DNA of 64,000 nucleotides from an uncultured Verrucomicrobiae bacterium (GTDB taxonomy: Bacteria > Verrucomicrobiota > Verrucomicrobiia > Limisphaerales > Palsa-1400): positions 5,088,001 to 5,152,000 of the forward strand of contig OY969763.1 in the NCBI GenBank assembly GCA_963702845.1, in the 5' to 3' direction. Of this stretch, positions 9,483 through 19,100 are shown in pieces; within the stretch, counting starts at the first letter, position 1; each line of letters opens with the position of its first letter. The notes under the pieces were generated by a model. The model was not told the origin of the DNA. It searched no databases and saw nothing but the letters and a program-made list of their open reading frames with translations. The position numbers were made by a program, and so were the translations under genes.

Positions 9483-12365
9483 TCAGAGCCACTCGCGAAT
9501 CTTTTCCTGATACTTGTTGTAAACAAATCCGAGGGCCAGCAGCACCACGCCGAGCGCGAGCAAGCTGAGAATGCGGTAGATGAGTTCCAGATTCCAAACG
9601 TCCATAACAACGCGGCCAAGTGCACATGCGAGAATCGCCAAACCAATCCAGCGATACATTCGTTCCCGGAACGCAAAACCGACCGCGATTATAACCAACG
9701 CAAGCCCAGCCCATGCCGCCGTGAGATACACCGAACCGCCAGAAATCGCGATGACCCAGCGAGAGACGAAGAGCCACAGTGACAACAGCCCTGCAACAAT
9801 CATCGCAACGTTCCATTCGGGTTGCAGCGGGAATCGACTGGGTGCGCGAGCGACGACTTGCTGCAAGCCGAGCAACACCAGAATGAACGCAAAATTGGGA
9901 AAGTAGATTTGCGGTGCTGGTAGAAGGTGATGATAAACGAGAGTCGCCAGCGCCGCAGCGAGATAAACTCCGCCAAATGCTGCGACGTTGCGGCTACCCT
10001 TCCATGCCGTCGCGAGAAATATCAGAGTGCCAACAAGGCCCAGCACCCAAACGCGTTCGCGCACAGGAATATATTCATGCACCCACCAGAGCGACATCAG
10101 CACCGCGAGCGCAAGATAGAGAAGGCTGATCTGCGGGACGTTTTGTTTGGCCTGGTCGGGCAAGCGGCTGAGGAACAGTTCGCTGACGATCCACACCATC
10201 GAAACGAGCACGATCATCGGCACGAGCGCGAGATACCAATCAGGTTTGCCCAAGGCCAGTTCGCGGATGAATTCGACGCCGCTGACGATGAGGAACAGTT
10301 GGGCCGCAGCGGCCAATATCCATGCACGTGTTGACAGCGCGTAGATGGTGAGCGCGAGCGCGAGACCGCTCGTGAACGCCAACCACGCGCCGGGTTCAAA
10401 GTGCGGTTGCAACCAGGTGTAGAGAACGGCCATGGTCGCGAGCGCGTAAAGGGCCTGCAAACTTTGGCGCGCGGCGGATTGCATCACGACGCGCTTCTGC
10501 CATTGCCACCAGTGACTCACGCCAACGGTCGCGGTGATGAGAATTAACGGATGCCACCAAGCCTGTTTGGGTCCAATGGTCGCGTGGTAAATCCAAATCA
10601 ACTGCGAAGCGATGAGATAAGTTTGGCCGAGCAAAACTACCTCAGAAATGTTGAGCGCGTAAAATACAACCATCAACAGCACCGCGCCGATGGCCAGACT
10701 TGAGCCGAACCATTCTTGCGGGGCAAATTTCCAATCGAGGTATGCCCACGTGAATAACGCTAGGAGCGCAAAATAGGTTGTGAGCAGGCGTAGTGATTTT
10801 TCATCGGGCGATTCGCGGCGGCTGGCCCAAATCAAATTAAAGCCAAGTAGCGCCCCGACACCCAACCCAAGTGCAGTCGACGGGTGTGTCTCCATTCCAA
10901 GCGTCAGAAACGGAACGGCCAGCAGTGATGTCACTGCCGCGCCTGCGCGCATAATCCTGCTCGATTGTTGGTAGCTGAGAACGAGGAGCACCGCGCTTTC
11001 GGCGGCGAGCACCAGGGCCAGTCGCAGACCAGAGAAGTAAGCAATCAAACCGACGGTCACGAGAACCAGCCCCTGCGTGAGATAAGCTTTCGCCGAGAGC
11101 GGTTCATCGGCCAGCCACTTGCGAGCGGCCGCCGCAAGCCCAATCAGCACGAGACCGAAACCGAGCGAGAACTTCCAGAAGTTGCCGTGGTTCACGTGCA
11201 GCATCGAAAGGATGACCATGCCGAAAAACGCGCCGTTATTGACCGTGAGATACGCCGCGCGGCGAACATCGATAAGTTTTTCGCTTCGCGACAAGAACAC
11301 CACGGCAGTGAAGATGATCCAGTAACCGGCGAGGAAAATGTTGCCGTAGTTAAGTTGTTCGGCGCGCAGGTCCCAAAGGAAATCGCCGTGGTGATAGAAT
11401 CGCCAAAAGACGAACGAAGCATAGGTAGCCGGAAGGCTGACGATAGACAGTGTCGCCCAACGATTCCGCAGCAGGAAAAGCACTGCGGCAGCAGTCAAAA
11501 TGACGTTGGAATAAAGTGTGAATAATCCAATGTCAGTAACGACAGCGGTGTAGTAGGCGAGCGAAATGGCGAACAGCGCGAGCACCTCGGACTTTCGCCG
11601 GTCCGCTATCCACACAATCACTGCAGCCCAGGTGAACAACAGGATTCCATCGACGAATGCGCTCGTAATGACGCGCAAAGGCGGAAGGTAATGCGCGGCG
11701 TAAGTAGCGAAATAAATGCTCGCGAGGCCACCGGCGGACAATACCTGGCCATAGTTCTTCATCGCGGGCTTTTCCATTTTGCGCTGCAGCCACGCACCCG
11801 CTCCAATTAGCAACGCACCCGCAAAATAAATCAGCGACAATTTTTCAGCAGGTCCGAGGCGGCCGATAATGTTGTCGTAGGCGTAATAACCCAGGAACGC
11901 CAACCCCGTTAGCAGCACAACAATGCCGACGCGCACGAGCCAAAACGTGCCGAGGCGCAATTCGAAAGAACTCTTCTCGTTAGCGGTGACTGGAAAAGGA
12001 GGAACGATCGGCGGTGCGGAGAATTCCTCAGTAGCGACAAGCGTTGGCACAGCGGCGAATGGCGGTGGCGGGATCGGGATTTCCTGCGCGACCGGAGCCG
12101 TTGGTTCGACTTTTTTTGCAACTTCGCGAACTGGCTCCGGTTGGGGTGCAATCGGAATGATCGGTGGCACTGCCGGTGGCTCGACGCGAATCTTAATTGG
12201 GACATCCGCCATTAGTTGCGTTGGGCGGGTAACAGTTGGTGTAGGTTCGGCGCTCAGGCGTTGCGACAATTCAGCAACGTTCCGGTTCAGCAACGAGAGT
12301 TGTTGCTGCAGCAATTCCTGCCGGCGTTTCAACTGCTCAAGCTCAAGACGATCTTGATCATTCAT
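9483..12365 (-). CDS. DUF2339-type large polytopic membrane protein
   Basis: Coiled-coil and Pro-rich N-terminus, FELRLGTFWLVRVG motif, many TM helices, C-terminal RILSLLALG. Confidence 0.8.
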   Translation of the reverse strand: MNDQDRLELEQLKRRQELLQQQLSLLNRNVAELSQRLSAEPTPTVTRPTQLMADVPIKIRVEPPAVPPIIPIAPQPEPVREVAKKVEPTAPVAQEIPIPPPPFAAVPTLVATEEFSAPPIVPPFPVTANEKSSFELRLGTFWLVRVGIVVLLTGLAFLGYYAYDNIIGRLGPAEKLSLIYFAGALLIGAGAWLQRKMEKPAMKNYGQVLSAGGLASIYFATYAAHYLPPLRVITSAFVDGILLFTWAAVIVWIADRRKSEVLALFAISLAYYTAVVTDIGLFTLYSNVILTAAAVLFLLRNRWATLSIVSLPATYASFVFWRFYHHGDFLWDLRAEQLNYGNIFLAGYWIIFTAVVFLSRSEKLIDVRRAAYLTVNNGAFFGMVILSMLHVNHGNFWKFSLGFGLVLIGLAAAARKWLADEPLSAKAYLTQGLVLVTVGLIAYFSGLRLALVLAAESAVLLVLSYQQSSRIMRAGAAVTSLLAVPFLTLGMETHPSTALGLGVGALLGFNLIWASRRESPDEKSLRLLTTYFALLALFTWAYLDWKFAPQEWFGSSLAIGAVLLMVVFYALNISEVVLLGQTYLIASQLIWIYHATIGPKQAWWHPLILITATVGVSHWWQWQKRVVMQSAARQSLQALYALATMAVLYTWLQPHFEPGAWLAFTSGLALALTIYALSTRAWILAAAAQLFLIVSGVEFIRELALGKPDWYLALVPMIVLVSMVWIVSELFLSRLPDQAKQNVPQISLLYLALAVLMSLWWVHEYIPVRERVWVLGLVGTLIFLATAWKGSRNVAAFGGVYLAAALATLVYHHLLPAPQIYFPNFAFILVLLGLQQVVARAPSRFPLQPEWNVAMIVAGLLSLWLFVSRWVIAISGGSVYLTAAWAGLALVIIAVGFAFRERMYRWIGLAILACALGRVVMDVWNLELIYRILSLLALGVVLLALGFVYNKYQEKIREWL

Positions 12366-12447
12366 AGCGGAGTTCCGAATCAACAACGCCAGCCTAACTC
12401 GATTGCTGCGTGTGCGGGTAATCGAAAAAACTTAATGGAACATCGAT

Positions 12448-12993
12448 TTAACTTTCCGCGATCCAGATGAGCGTGCCTTCAGGCAGCTTGTCGTAGAGCG
12501 GGATCAAATCGTTCGCTGACAAATGAACACAGCCGTGAGAATCGGGGCGGCCGATAGTCGGTTCGTTGCCCGTGCCGTGGATATATATGAAACGTTCGTA
12601 GGAGCCGATGCCTTCACCGCGATTGCGGCCGGGCTCAAGGCCTTCGATCCAGAAAATGCGATGCGCGATGGGCGTCATCGGCTGATTGGTCCAGGTAAAG
12701 CCAATGAGTTCGCGACTTTTCCAAGCTGCACCGACCGGCCAGCCACCACCGACTTTTTTGGCCACGCGATGCAAACCGCGCGGGGTCATGTTCGAGCCGG
12801 CCTTTTCACCGATACCATACTTAGAGGTGGAACAACGGTAAGTTTTGACCAGTCGAAACGGCGGAAGAAAGTCGTTATCGCGCTCCCACAATGTTGTCGT
12901 CTGCTTCGCGATATTGACCGTGAGCAGGTGGCGGGTGGGAACGACACCTTGCTGTTTGCAGGTTCGTAGAAAATTTCGGACAGTCACGCTCAT
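12448..12993 (-). CDS. L,D-transpeptidase (YkuD family)
   Basis: CSTSKYG, TPRG and the catalytic His/Cys motif IYIHGT...SHGCVHL. Confidence 0.85.
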   Translation of the reverse strand: MSVTVRNFLRTCKQQGVVPTRHLLTVNIAKQTTTLWERDNDFLPPFRLVKTYRCSTSKYGIGEKAGSNMTPRGLHRVAKKVGGGWPVGAAWKSRELIGFTWTNQPMTPIAHRIFWIEGLEPGRNRGEGIGSYERFIYIHGTGNEPTIGRPDSHGCVHLSANDLIPLYDKLPEGTLIWIAES

Positions 12994-14327
12994 GTCAGGG
13001 ATTGAGAAACGGCTTCGATCGCCATTCGTGTTTCAGGCGTTGTCGTGGCTTTGTTGAGTTTCTTAACCAACACCTTGGAGTTCCGGCCGCTTTGGTCGTA
13101 CTTGGCGCGGCGCTCTGGAGGTAGATCGTCCGGCATGCCTTCGCTGAAACCGCCCTTCGACTGGAAATAAGTAAACGCTTGCGTCGACAGGGTAATCAAA
13201 TCGGTCAGCCCCATCTCGCGAGCTTTGGACTCCGCGAACTGAATCAATTTTTTGCCGATGCCCTGGTTCTCGTGCGACGGACTCACATACAAGCAGGCCA
13301 GTTCGCCCTTAGTCGCGTCGAGTTGATGCAACGCGACGCAGGCGATCGGGTTTTTGTCTGTTTCGAAAATGTAAAAATCGCCAATCATCTTTTCGATCAT
13401 CGGCCGCGTGCGTTTGGCCAACTCTTCGCTGGCAACGGACCCTTTCGTTAACATCATGATCGCGCGGACGTCTTTCTTCAGCGCGCGCCGGATCTGCTGG
13501 TATTCGTTGGCGTAAACGAGCGTGCCGATGCCTTCGTTGGAGAACACTTCCGCCAAGACAGCTTCGTCGATGCGACCATTGATGAAATGCACCCTCGGCA
13601 CACCGGCGCGACACGCGGCCGCACCGTTGACTGCTTTCGACAAAATTTCGGGAGCGAACTTGTCTTTGTGCTGCGCGAGAAGCGTATCGAGTTCCGCGAC
13701 CAGGATTTGCGGGATGACTTCCTTATTATAAATAAGGCCGTCCCCAGTCGTGATATAAATGAGCTTCGTCGCGTTCATCGCCTTGGCGACTTCGAAAGCA
13801 ACGCTGTCTGAATTGACGCGATAGGTTTTGCCATCGCCATCGAATCCAAGCGGCGCCACCACCGGCACGATATTTTGCGATAGCAACGATTGCAGCAATT
13901 CGACGTCAACGCGCTCGACCTTGCCGGTGAGCAAATGATCGACGCCATGGATGATTCCCATCGGGTGCGAAATGACCGCATTGGAACTGGCGGCGCGAAG
14001 GTCGTTTGCGCTGAGGCCTTCCAGGACTTCGTGCGTGAGCCGGTTTGCGGCGGTCAACGCGAGTTTGAACGTCGGGGCATCAGTGACACCGCTGCCGTCG
14101 AGATTTGACGGGGTGATGTTTTGTTCCTGCGCGAGCGCGCCGATCTGGGCAGCGGCGCCGTGCACCAAAATAATTTTGATGTTCAGCGAACGCAGGACAG
14201 CGACATCCAACAGGATGTTGGCGAAGTTCTCGCTGGTGACAATCGCCCCGTCGATACTGAGCACGAAAATCTTTTCGCGGAACCGCGGAATGTACTGCAG
14301 GATGCCCCGTAAATCTGTCAGTTTCAC
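12990..14327 (-). CDS. argA: Amino-acid N-acetyltransferase (N-acetylglutamate synthase)
   Basis: Amino-acid kinase domain (ILVHG, GKVERVD, EVFSNEGIGT) plus a GNAT domain ending SGRNSKVL. Confidence 0.93.
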   Translation of the reverse strand: MKLTDLRGILQYIPRFREKIFVLSIDGAIVTSENFANILLDVAVLRSLNIKIILVHGAAAQIGALAQEQNITPSNLDGSGVTDAPTFKLALTAANRLTHEVLEGLSANDLRAASSNAVISHPMGIIHGVDHLLTGKVERVDVELLQSLLSQNIVPVVAPLGFDGDGKTYRVNSDSVAFEVAKAMNATKLIYITTGDGLIYNKEVIPQILVAELDTLLAQHKDKFAPEILSKAVNGAAACRAGVPRVHFINGRIDEAVLAEVFSNEGIGTLVYANEYQQIRRALKKDVRAIMMLTKGSVASEELAKRTRPMIEKMIGDFYIFETDKNPIACVALHQLDATKGELACLYVSPSHENQGIGKKLIQFAESKAREMGLTDLITLSTQAFTYFQSKGGFSEGMPDDLPPERRAKYDQSGRNSKVLVKKLNKATTTPETRMAIEAVSQSLT

Positions 14328-14433
14328 TTTTGGTTGTCGCTTCTTTGAAAGAGATAAGTAGGCAAGTCGCCACAGTTTTCAAACAAATTCTGCGCTTGCG
14401 TGTCGGGTTGGCTGTGACGTTCGCGGACGGAAT

Positions 14434-14613
14434 CTACTCCGTGTGAACATCGAGCGCCATCACCTCGCCGGCTTCGCATTGAACGCAAACTTCGAACGGG
14501 CGACAGCAGACTTCGCAATCGGTGGTGAAACGCTGATCGCGAATGGTCGTGTCGAACTCCAGATCGAAGCAGCTTCCGCAGAAGGGACATTGAACTTGTT
14601 CGGTCAGTTGCAT
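14434..14613 (-). CDS. CPXCG-motif cysteine-rich protein
   Basis: QCPFCG...DCEVCCRPF. Confidence 0.8.
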   Translation of the reverse strand: MQLTEQVQCPFCGSCFDLEFDTTIRDQRFTTDCEVCCRPFEVCVQCEAGEVMALDVHTE

Positions 14614-14669
14614 ACGGGGTCGAACTGTAACCAACATAGCGCGGGAGTTTTGGTTGTGCAAATTAAACC

Positions 14670-14744
14670 ACAGATAGAGACAGATACATACAGGTACGGA
14701 ATAACAGGGGGTGAGGATAACTGTATTTAGCTGTATCTAACTGT
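14670..14744. repeat. Inverted pair of 10-bp-period triplets
   Basis: ACAGATAGAG/ACAGATACAT/ACAGGT (14670-14695) matches the reverse complement of 14719-14744 at 21/26 positions. Confidence 0.7.
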
Positions 14745-14789
14745 AGATCGGTGCAACAAGGACTCAAGGACGAGGACGGGAGGACCGCC

Positions 14790-14884
14790 CCACCTCTAGA
14801 CCCGTCCCGCCGTCCCAAGGGCCGTAAACATTGATGGTTTTTGAGGTTTGACCCGTCACGTGGGACGGGTCACAACCGTCACAC
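14790..14884 (+). repeat. Dispersed box element, copy A (CCGTCMC)
   Basis: Boxes at 14802, 14810, 14853 and 14876; inverted box at 14862; spacer contains GTAAACATTG. Confidence 0.75.
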
Positions 14885-14894
14885 ATGCCGCCAA

Positions 14895-15812
14895 TTAGGA
14901 TCGGGAGAAGCCGATTTGAATCTTGTTAGCTGCGCCGGAACTCAGGTCGTGGGCGAAAACGTAGTAATATGCGGTTCCGGCAAAGGGTAACACCGTCCAG
15001 GATAATTTACGGTAACCGGTATCCTTACAGCGATGACGCGCGGTAAAGGAAGTGGGCGCGCCGCGTTCGACTTGCATTAACGCCTTGCTGACGGTTTCCC
15101 AGTCTTCGTTGTGAACGACGGTAAGGATGCTCTTTTCTTTCAACTCATCTTCGATAAAGCCGACGTGATGTTCCCAAGCTGGATTAACGCAACGAAATAC
15201 GCCGGTTGGATCGATTACGGCCAGGGGTTGCGGTGAAAGCATGTAGAACGGATTCCCGCGGGTTTGGGCTTCTAACCGTTGATCCAAGCTTCCAAGAGCT
15301 GGATTTGAATTACCGAGGAGGTTAGTGATTTTTCGCGTCTGTTCCTCGATCGTTTTGGTTTTGCGATAAAGGTCGAGGAAAACGCCGATCTTTGTCCGCA
15401 ACACATCGGGGACGATGGGTGAAAAGATGTAATCCACCGCGCCCAACGAATAGCCGCGAGCAGTCAAATCATCGGTGTTGTGAACGCTGGTAATAAATAT
15501 GATCGGTGTGTGCGCACATTGGACGCGCTGACGAATCATGGCTGCGGTTTCGAAGCCGTCCATGCTAGGCATGAATACGTCCATCAGGATGACGGCGAAT
15601 TCATGCTGCAAAATTTCACGTAATGCGTCGCGGCCGGATTTGGCCAGGATGATAGTTTCACCCAAGGTTGAAAGTACGGATTCGAGCGCGACGAGTTTGT
15701 CTTCGCGATCGTCGACGATAAGGATCTTGGCGGGAATGTTCGGGTGCTGGGGCTGGATCAGGCGCTGGGCGCTCAAGGGGACGGGCGGTGCGTCGCGTAA
15801 TTCCTGGGTCAT
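14895..15812 (-). CDS. Response regulator with REC and PAS domains
   Basis: KILIVDD...ILMDVFMPSMDGFE...GAVDY receiver; C-terminal PAS (VNPAWE, VHNED, RHRCKDTGYRKLSW). Confidence 0.9.
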   Translation of the reverse strand: MTQELRDAPPVPLSAQRLIQPQHPNIPAKILIVDDREDKLVALESVLSTLGETIILAKSGRDALREILQHEFAVILMDVFMPSMDGFETAAMIRQRVQCAHTPIIFITSVHNTDDLTARGYSLGAVDYIFSPIVPDVLRTKIGVFLDLYRKTKTIEEQTRKITNLLGNSNPALGSLDQRLEAQTRGNPFYMLSPQPLAVIDPTGVFRCVNPAWEHHVGFIEDELKEKSILTVVHNEDWETVSKALMQVERGAPTSFTARHRCKDTGYRKLSWTVLPFAGTAYYYVFAHDLSSGAANKIQIGFSRS

Positions 15813-16147
15813 AGGGCTAACAGGGATGTTGTGGGGGTGAACGGCAGTTCTGTCGGGGCCAGCGGACCATTCGTCAGTGCGCCAGAACTCTTCAGATGTG
15901 CGCCGGAATAGTCAAACCGTTCGCCTGAACTATCCGGATGTGAGCCTGAATTATCAAGTTGTGCACCCGACCTGTCAGTGCGTGCGCCCAAAATGTCTAG
16001 ATGTGAGACCAACCTTTCCAGACGTGCGCCGGAACCGTCCGGGCGTGCGCCAATAACTTCCAGGCGCACCGCAAAAAGCTCCAAGGACACCCCCGTGACG
16101 TTCGTCCAAGCCTTTAATCTAGATTGTGTTACGTCAAATCGAGCCAT
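15809..16147 (-). CDS. Putative 112-aa heptad-repeat protein
   Basis: ATG lies 4 nt after the kinase stop, and its TGA overlaps the downstream ATG (ATGA). Encodes SGAxxxx-type heptads. Confidence 0.4.
   Translation of the reverse strand: MARFDVTQSRLKAWTNVTGVSLELFAVRLEVIGARPDGSGARLERLVSHLDILGARTDRSGAQLDNSGSHPDSSGERFDYSGAHLKSSGALTNGPLAPTELPFTPTTSLLAL
15877..16065. repeat. Degenerate 21-bp tandem array, 9 units
   Basis: GTGCGCC-type starts at 15877, 15898, 15919, 15940, 15961, 15982, 16003, 16024 and 16045. Confidence 0.85.
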
Positions 16148-16151
16148 AGGT

Positions 16152-19100
16152 CTACTTATGCAACCAGACATGCAGCACCGAGCGCAGGTGCTCGCGGTCG
16201 ACTGGTTTGGCAATGTAATCCGAAGCACCGGCGGCGATGCATTTTTCGCGGTCGCCTTTCATTGCTTTGGCGGTGACGGCGATAATCGGGAGCTCTTCGA
16301 ACCCGGCAATCTGCCGAATGGTGCGGATGGTTTCGTACCCGTCCATGGCCGGCAACATGATGTCCATGAGCACAATGTCGATCTCGTTCTTGTTCTTCAC
16401 AAGGATATCGATGGCGTCTTTGCCGGTTTCGGCCGAGAACACTTTCATTTCGAAACGTTCCAGCACGCTGGTCATCGCGAAGATGTTGCGGACGTCGTCG
16501 TCAACAACCAGCACGCGCTTGCCTTCGAGAATCGCGTGATGGAGCGATTGCAACATCTGACGTTGTTTGTCCGGCAACTTGGAAATATTGCGGTGCAGGA
16601 TGAGCGACGCCTTGTCGAGCAAGCGCTCAGGCGCGCGCGCGTCCTTGATGAGGATGGCTTCGGCCATGGTCTTGAGGTGCGCGTGTTGATCCTTGTGCAG
16701 CTCCATCGCGGTATAAACGAGGATCGGCACCTGATTCGATTCAGGCTTGTTCTTGATGGCTTCGAGTAACTGCATACCGGACATATCCGGCAGCTTGAGA
16801 TCGAGAATCATGCAGTCGTATTTATGCTTCTGCAGTTCTTCCAGGGCTTCTTTGCCCGTTTTCACCGCAGTAGTGTGGACGTCGCCGTTGCCAATCAACT
16901 CGCGGATGTTTTTGATCTGCACTTCGTCATCTTCCACAACGAGCAGGTTCTTGGTCGGGCGTTCGACGAACATTTTGATTTCGCTGAATGTCTTCTCCAG
17001 CGCCTCGCGCGTGTGCGTCTTGGTGAGGTAACCGAGCGCGCCTTGCATCAGTTCGGGCTGCAAATCCTCGCGAACACTGATTATCTGCACCGGAATATGG
17101 CGAGTGGTGAAATCGACTTTGAGTCGGCCCAGGACACGGCGGCCGTCGATGTCCGGCAAGCGCAGGTCGAGCGTGATCGCGTCGGGCTTGAGTTCGCGCG
17201 CGAGCGACAAAGCCGTCGCGCCGTGTGACGCGATAATGCCTTTGAAGCCTTTGCTGTGCGCCATTTCAAGCAGCAACGCGGCGTAATGCGGATCGTCTTC
17301 GACAATCAGCAATACGCGGTCGCCTTGATGTATTTGTGAACGATCATCGGCAACGCTGAAGTCGACCAATTCGGTGGCCGGTTCTTCCGCCTCAACAGGT
17401 GACAATACCGACATGCGATTGGACGCAGGCAATATCTGCGCCGGCACCACCGGGCCGATCGCGCTGCGTTTGACGGTGCGCATGGGAGCAGGAGTCACAG
17501 GCACGTAGAGTGTAAAGGTGCTGCCTTGGCCGACCGCGCTGGCCAAGCGAATTTCGCCGCCGAGTAGTCGCGCAATTTCGCGGCTGATGGCCAGACCGAG
17601 GCCCGTGCCGCCGTATTTGCGGCTCGTCGAACCGTCCGCCTGTTGGAATGCTTCGAAGATGAGTTGCTGTTTCTCCGGCGCGATACCGATACCGGTATCC
17701 GACACAGAGAATGCAATGACTTGACGCGCGCGATTGAGCGTTTCGCGGTCGGGGCTCCAACCTTCGGTCGCGTTGTTGATGCTGAAGGTGACCTGGCCTT
17801 TTTCGGTGAACTTGAACGCGTTGGAGAGCAGGTTGCGGATGACCTGTTCGAGGCGTTGCGAATCCGTTGTGATGAAACTCGGCAGGCCGGCGTCGAGATC
17901 CAGCTCAAGTTCGAGCTTTTTCGATTCGGCGACGTGGCGGAACGTGCGGTCCACGTAATCGCGCAAATCGGAGAAGCGGCGTTCGCCGATGTCGAGCGTG
18001 ACTGTTCCAGACTCGATCTTGGAGAGGTCGAGAATATCGTTGATGAGCGTGAGTAGGTCGTTGCCGGACGCATGAATCGTCTTGGCGTAATCGACTTGTT
18101 TGTGTGACAGGTTGCCTTCGTTGTTGCCGGCGAGAGAGTCGGCGAGAATGAGCAAGCTGTTGAGCGGCGTGCGCAGTTCGTGCGACATGTTCGCGAGGAA
18201 CTCTGATTTGTATTTGGAAGTAAGCGCGAGCTGTTCGGCTTTTTCTTCCAGCGCCTGGCGGGCTTGTTCGACTTCGCTGTTCTTGCGTTCGACTTCCGCG
18301 TTTTGTTCGGCGAGCAGTTTCGCTTTTTCCTGCAGTTCCTGGTTGGTGTTCTGCAGTTCTTCCTGGCGGCTCTGGAGTTCTTTGGCCAGCTTTTGCGATT
18401 GCTTGAGCAAATCTTCCGTTCTCGTATTGGCTTCAATCGTATTCAACACGATGCCGATGGATTCCATGAGCTGATCAAGGAACGCCTGGTGCGTCGGGCT
18501 GAATTGTTCGAAGGATGACAGTTCCATAACTGCCTTCACGCCGCCTTCAAATAGAATCGGCAGGACGATGATATTGGTCGGTGGCGCCTGGCCCAGACCC
18601 GAACCGATTTGGACATAGTCCGGTGGCGCTTTGGTGAGGAGGATGCGTTCCTTCTCGAGCGCAGCTTGTCCGACCAATCCTTCGCCAAGGGCAAACTTAT
18701 TGCCGACATGCTTGCGATTGCGGTAGGCGTAGCTGGCCAGCAGTTTGAGATAGGGCTCGCTGTGGTCTTCAGCGCCTTTAGGCTGTTCGTCCTTCGGAGT
18801 TTCAACGATGTAAAAAACGCCTTGTTGCGCGGAGACGACTTGTGCCAGTTCGGAGAGAATCAGTTTGCCGACGGTGAGCATGTCACGTTGGCCTTGCAAC
18901 ATACGAGTGAACTTCGCGAGGTTGGTCTTGAGCCAGTCTTGCTCGTTGTTCTTGATCGTCGTGTCCTTCAGATTGCGGATCATCTCGTTGATGTTGTCTT
19001 TCAACGAAGCGACTTCGCCGCTCGCATCGACTTGAATGGAACGGGTTAGATCGCCTTTTGTGACCGCCGTCGCGACTTCAGCGATGGAGCGGACCTGGGT

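Noticed and set aside
15877..16065. Possible CRISPR array
   Set aside because: Contiguous degenerate 21-mers with no unique spacers and no cas genes.
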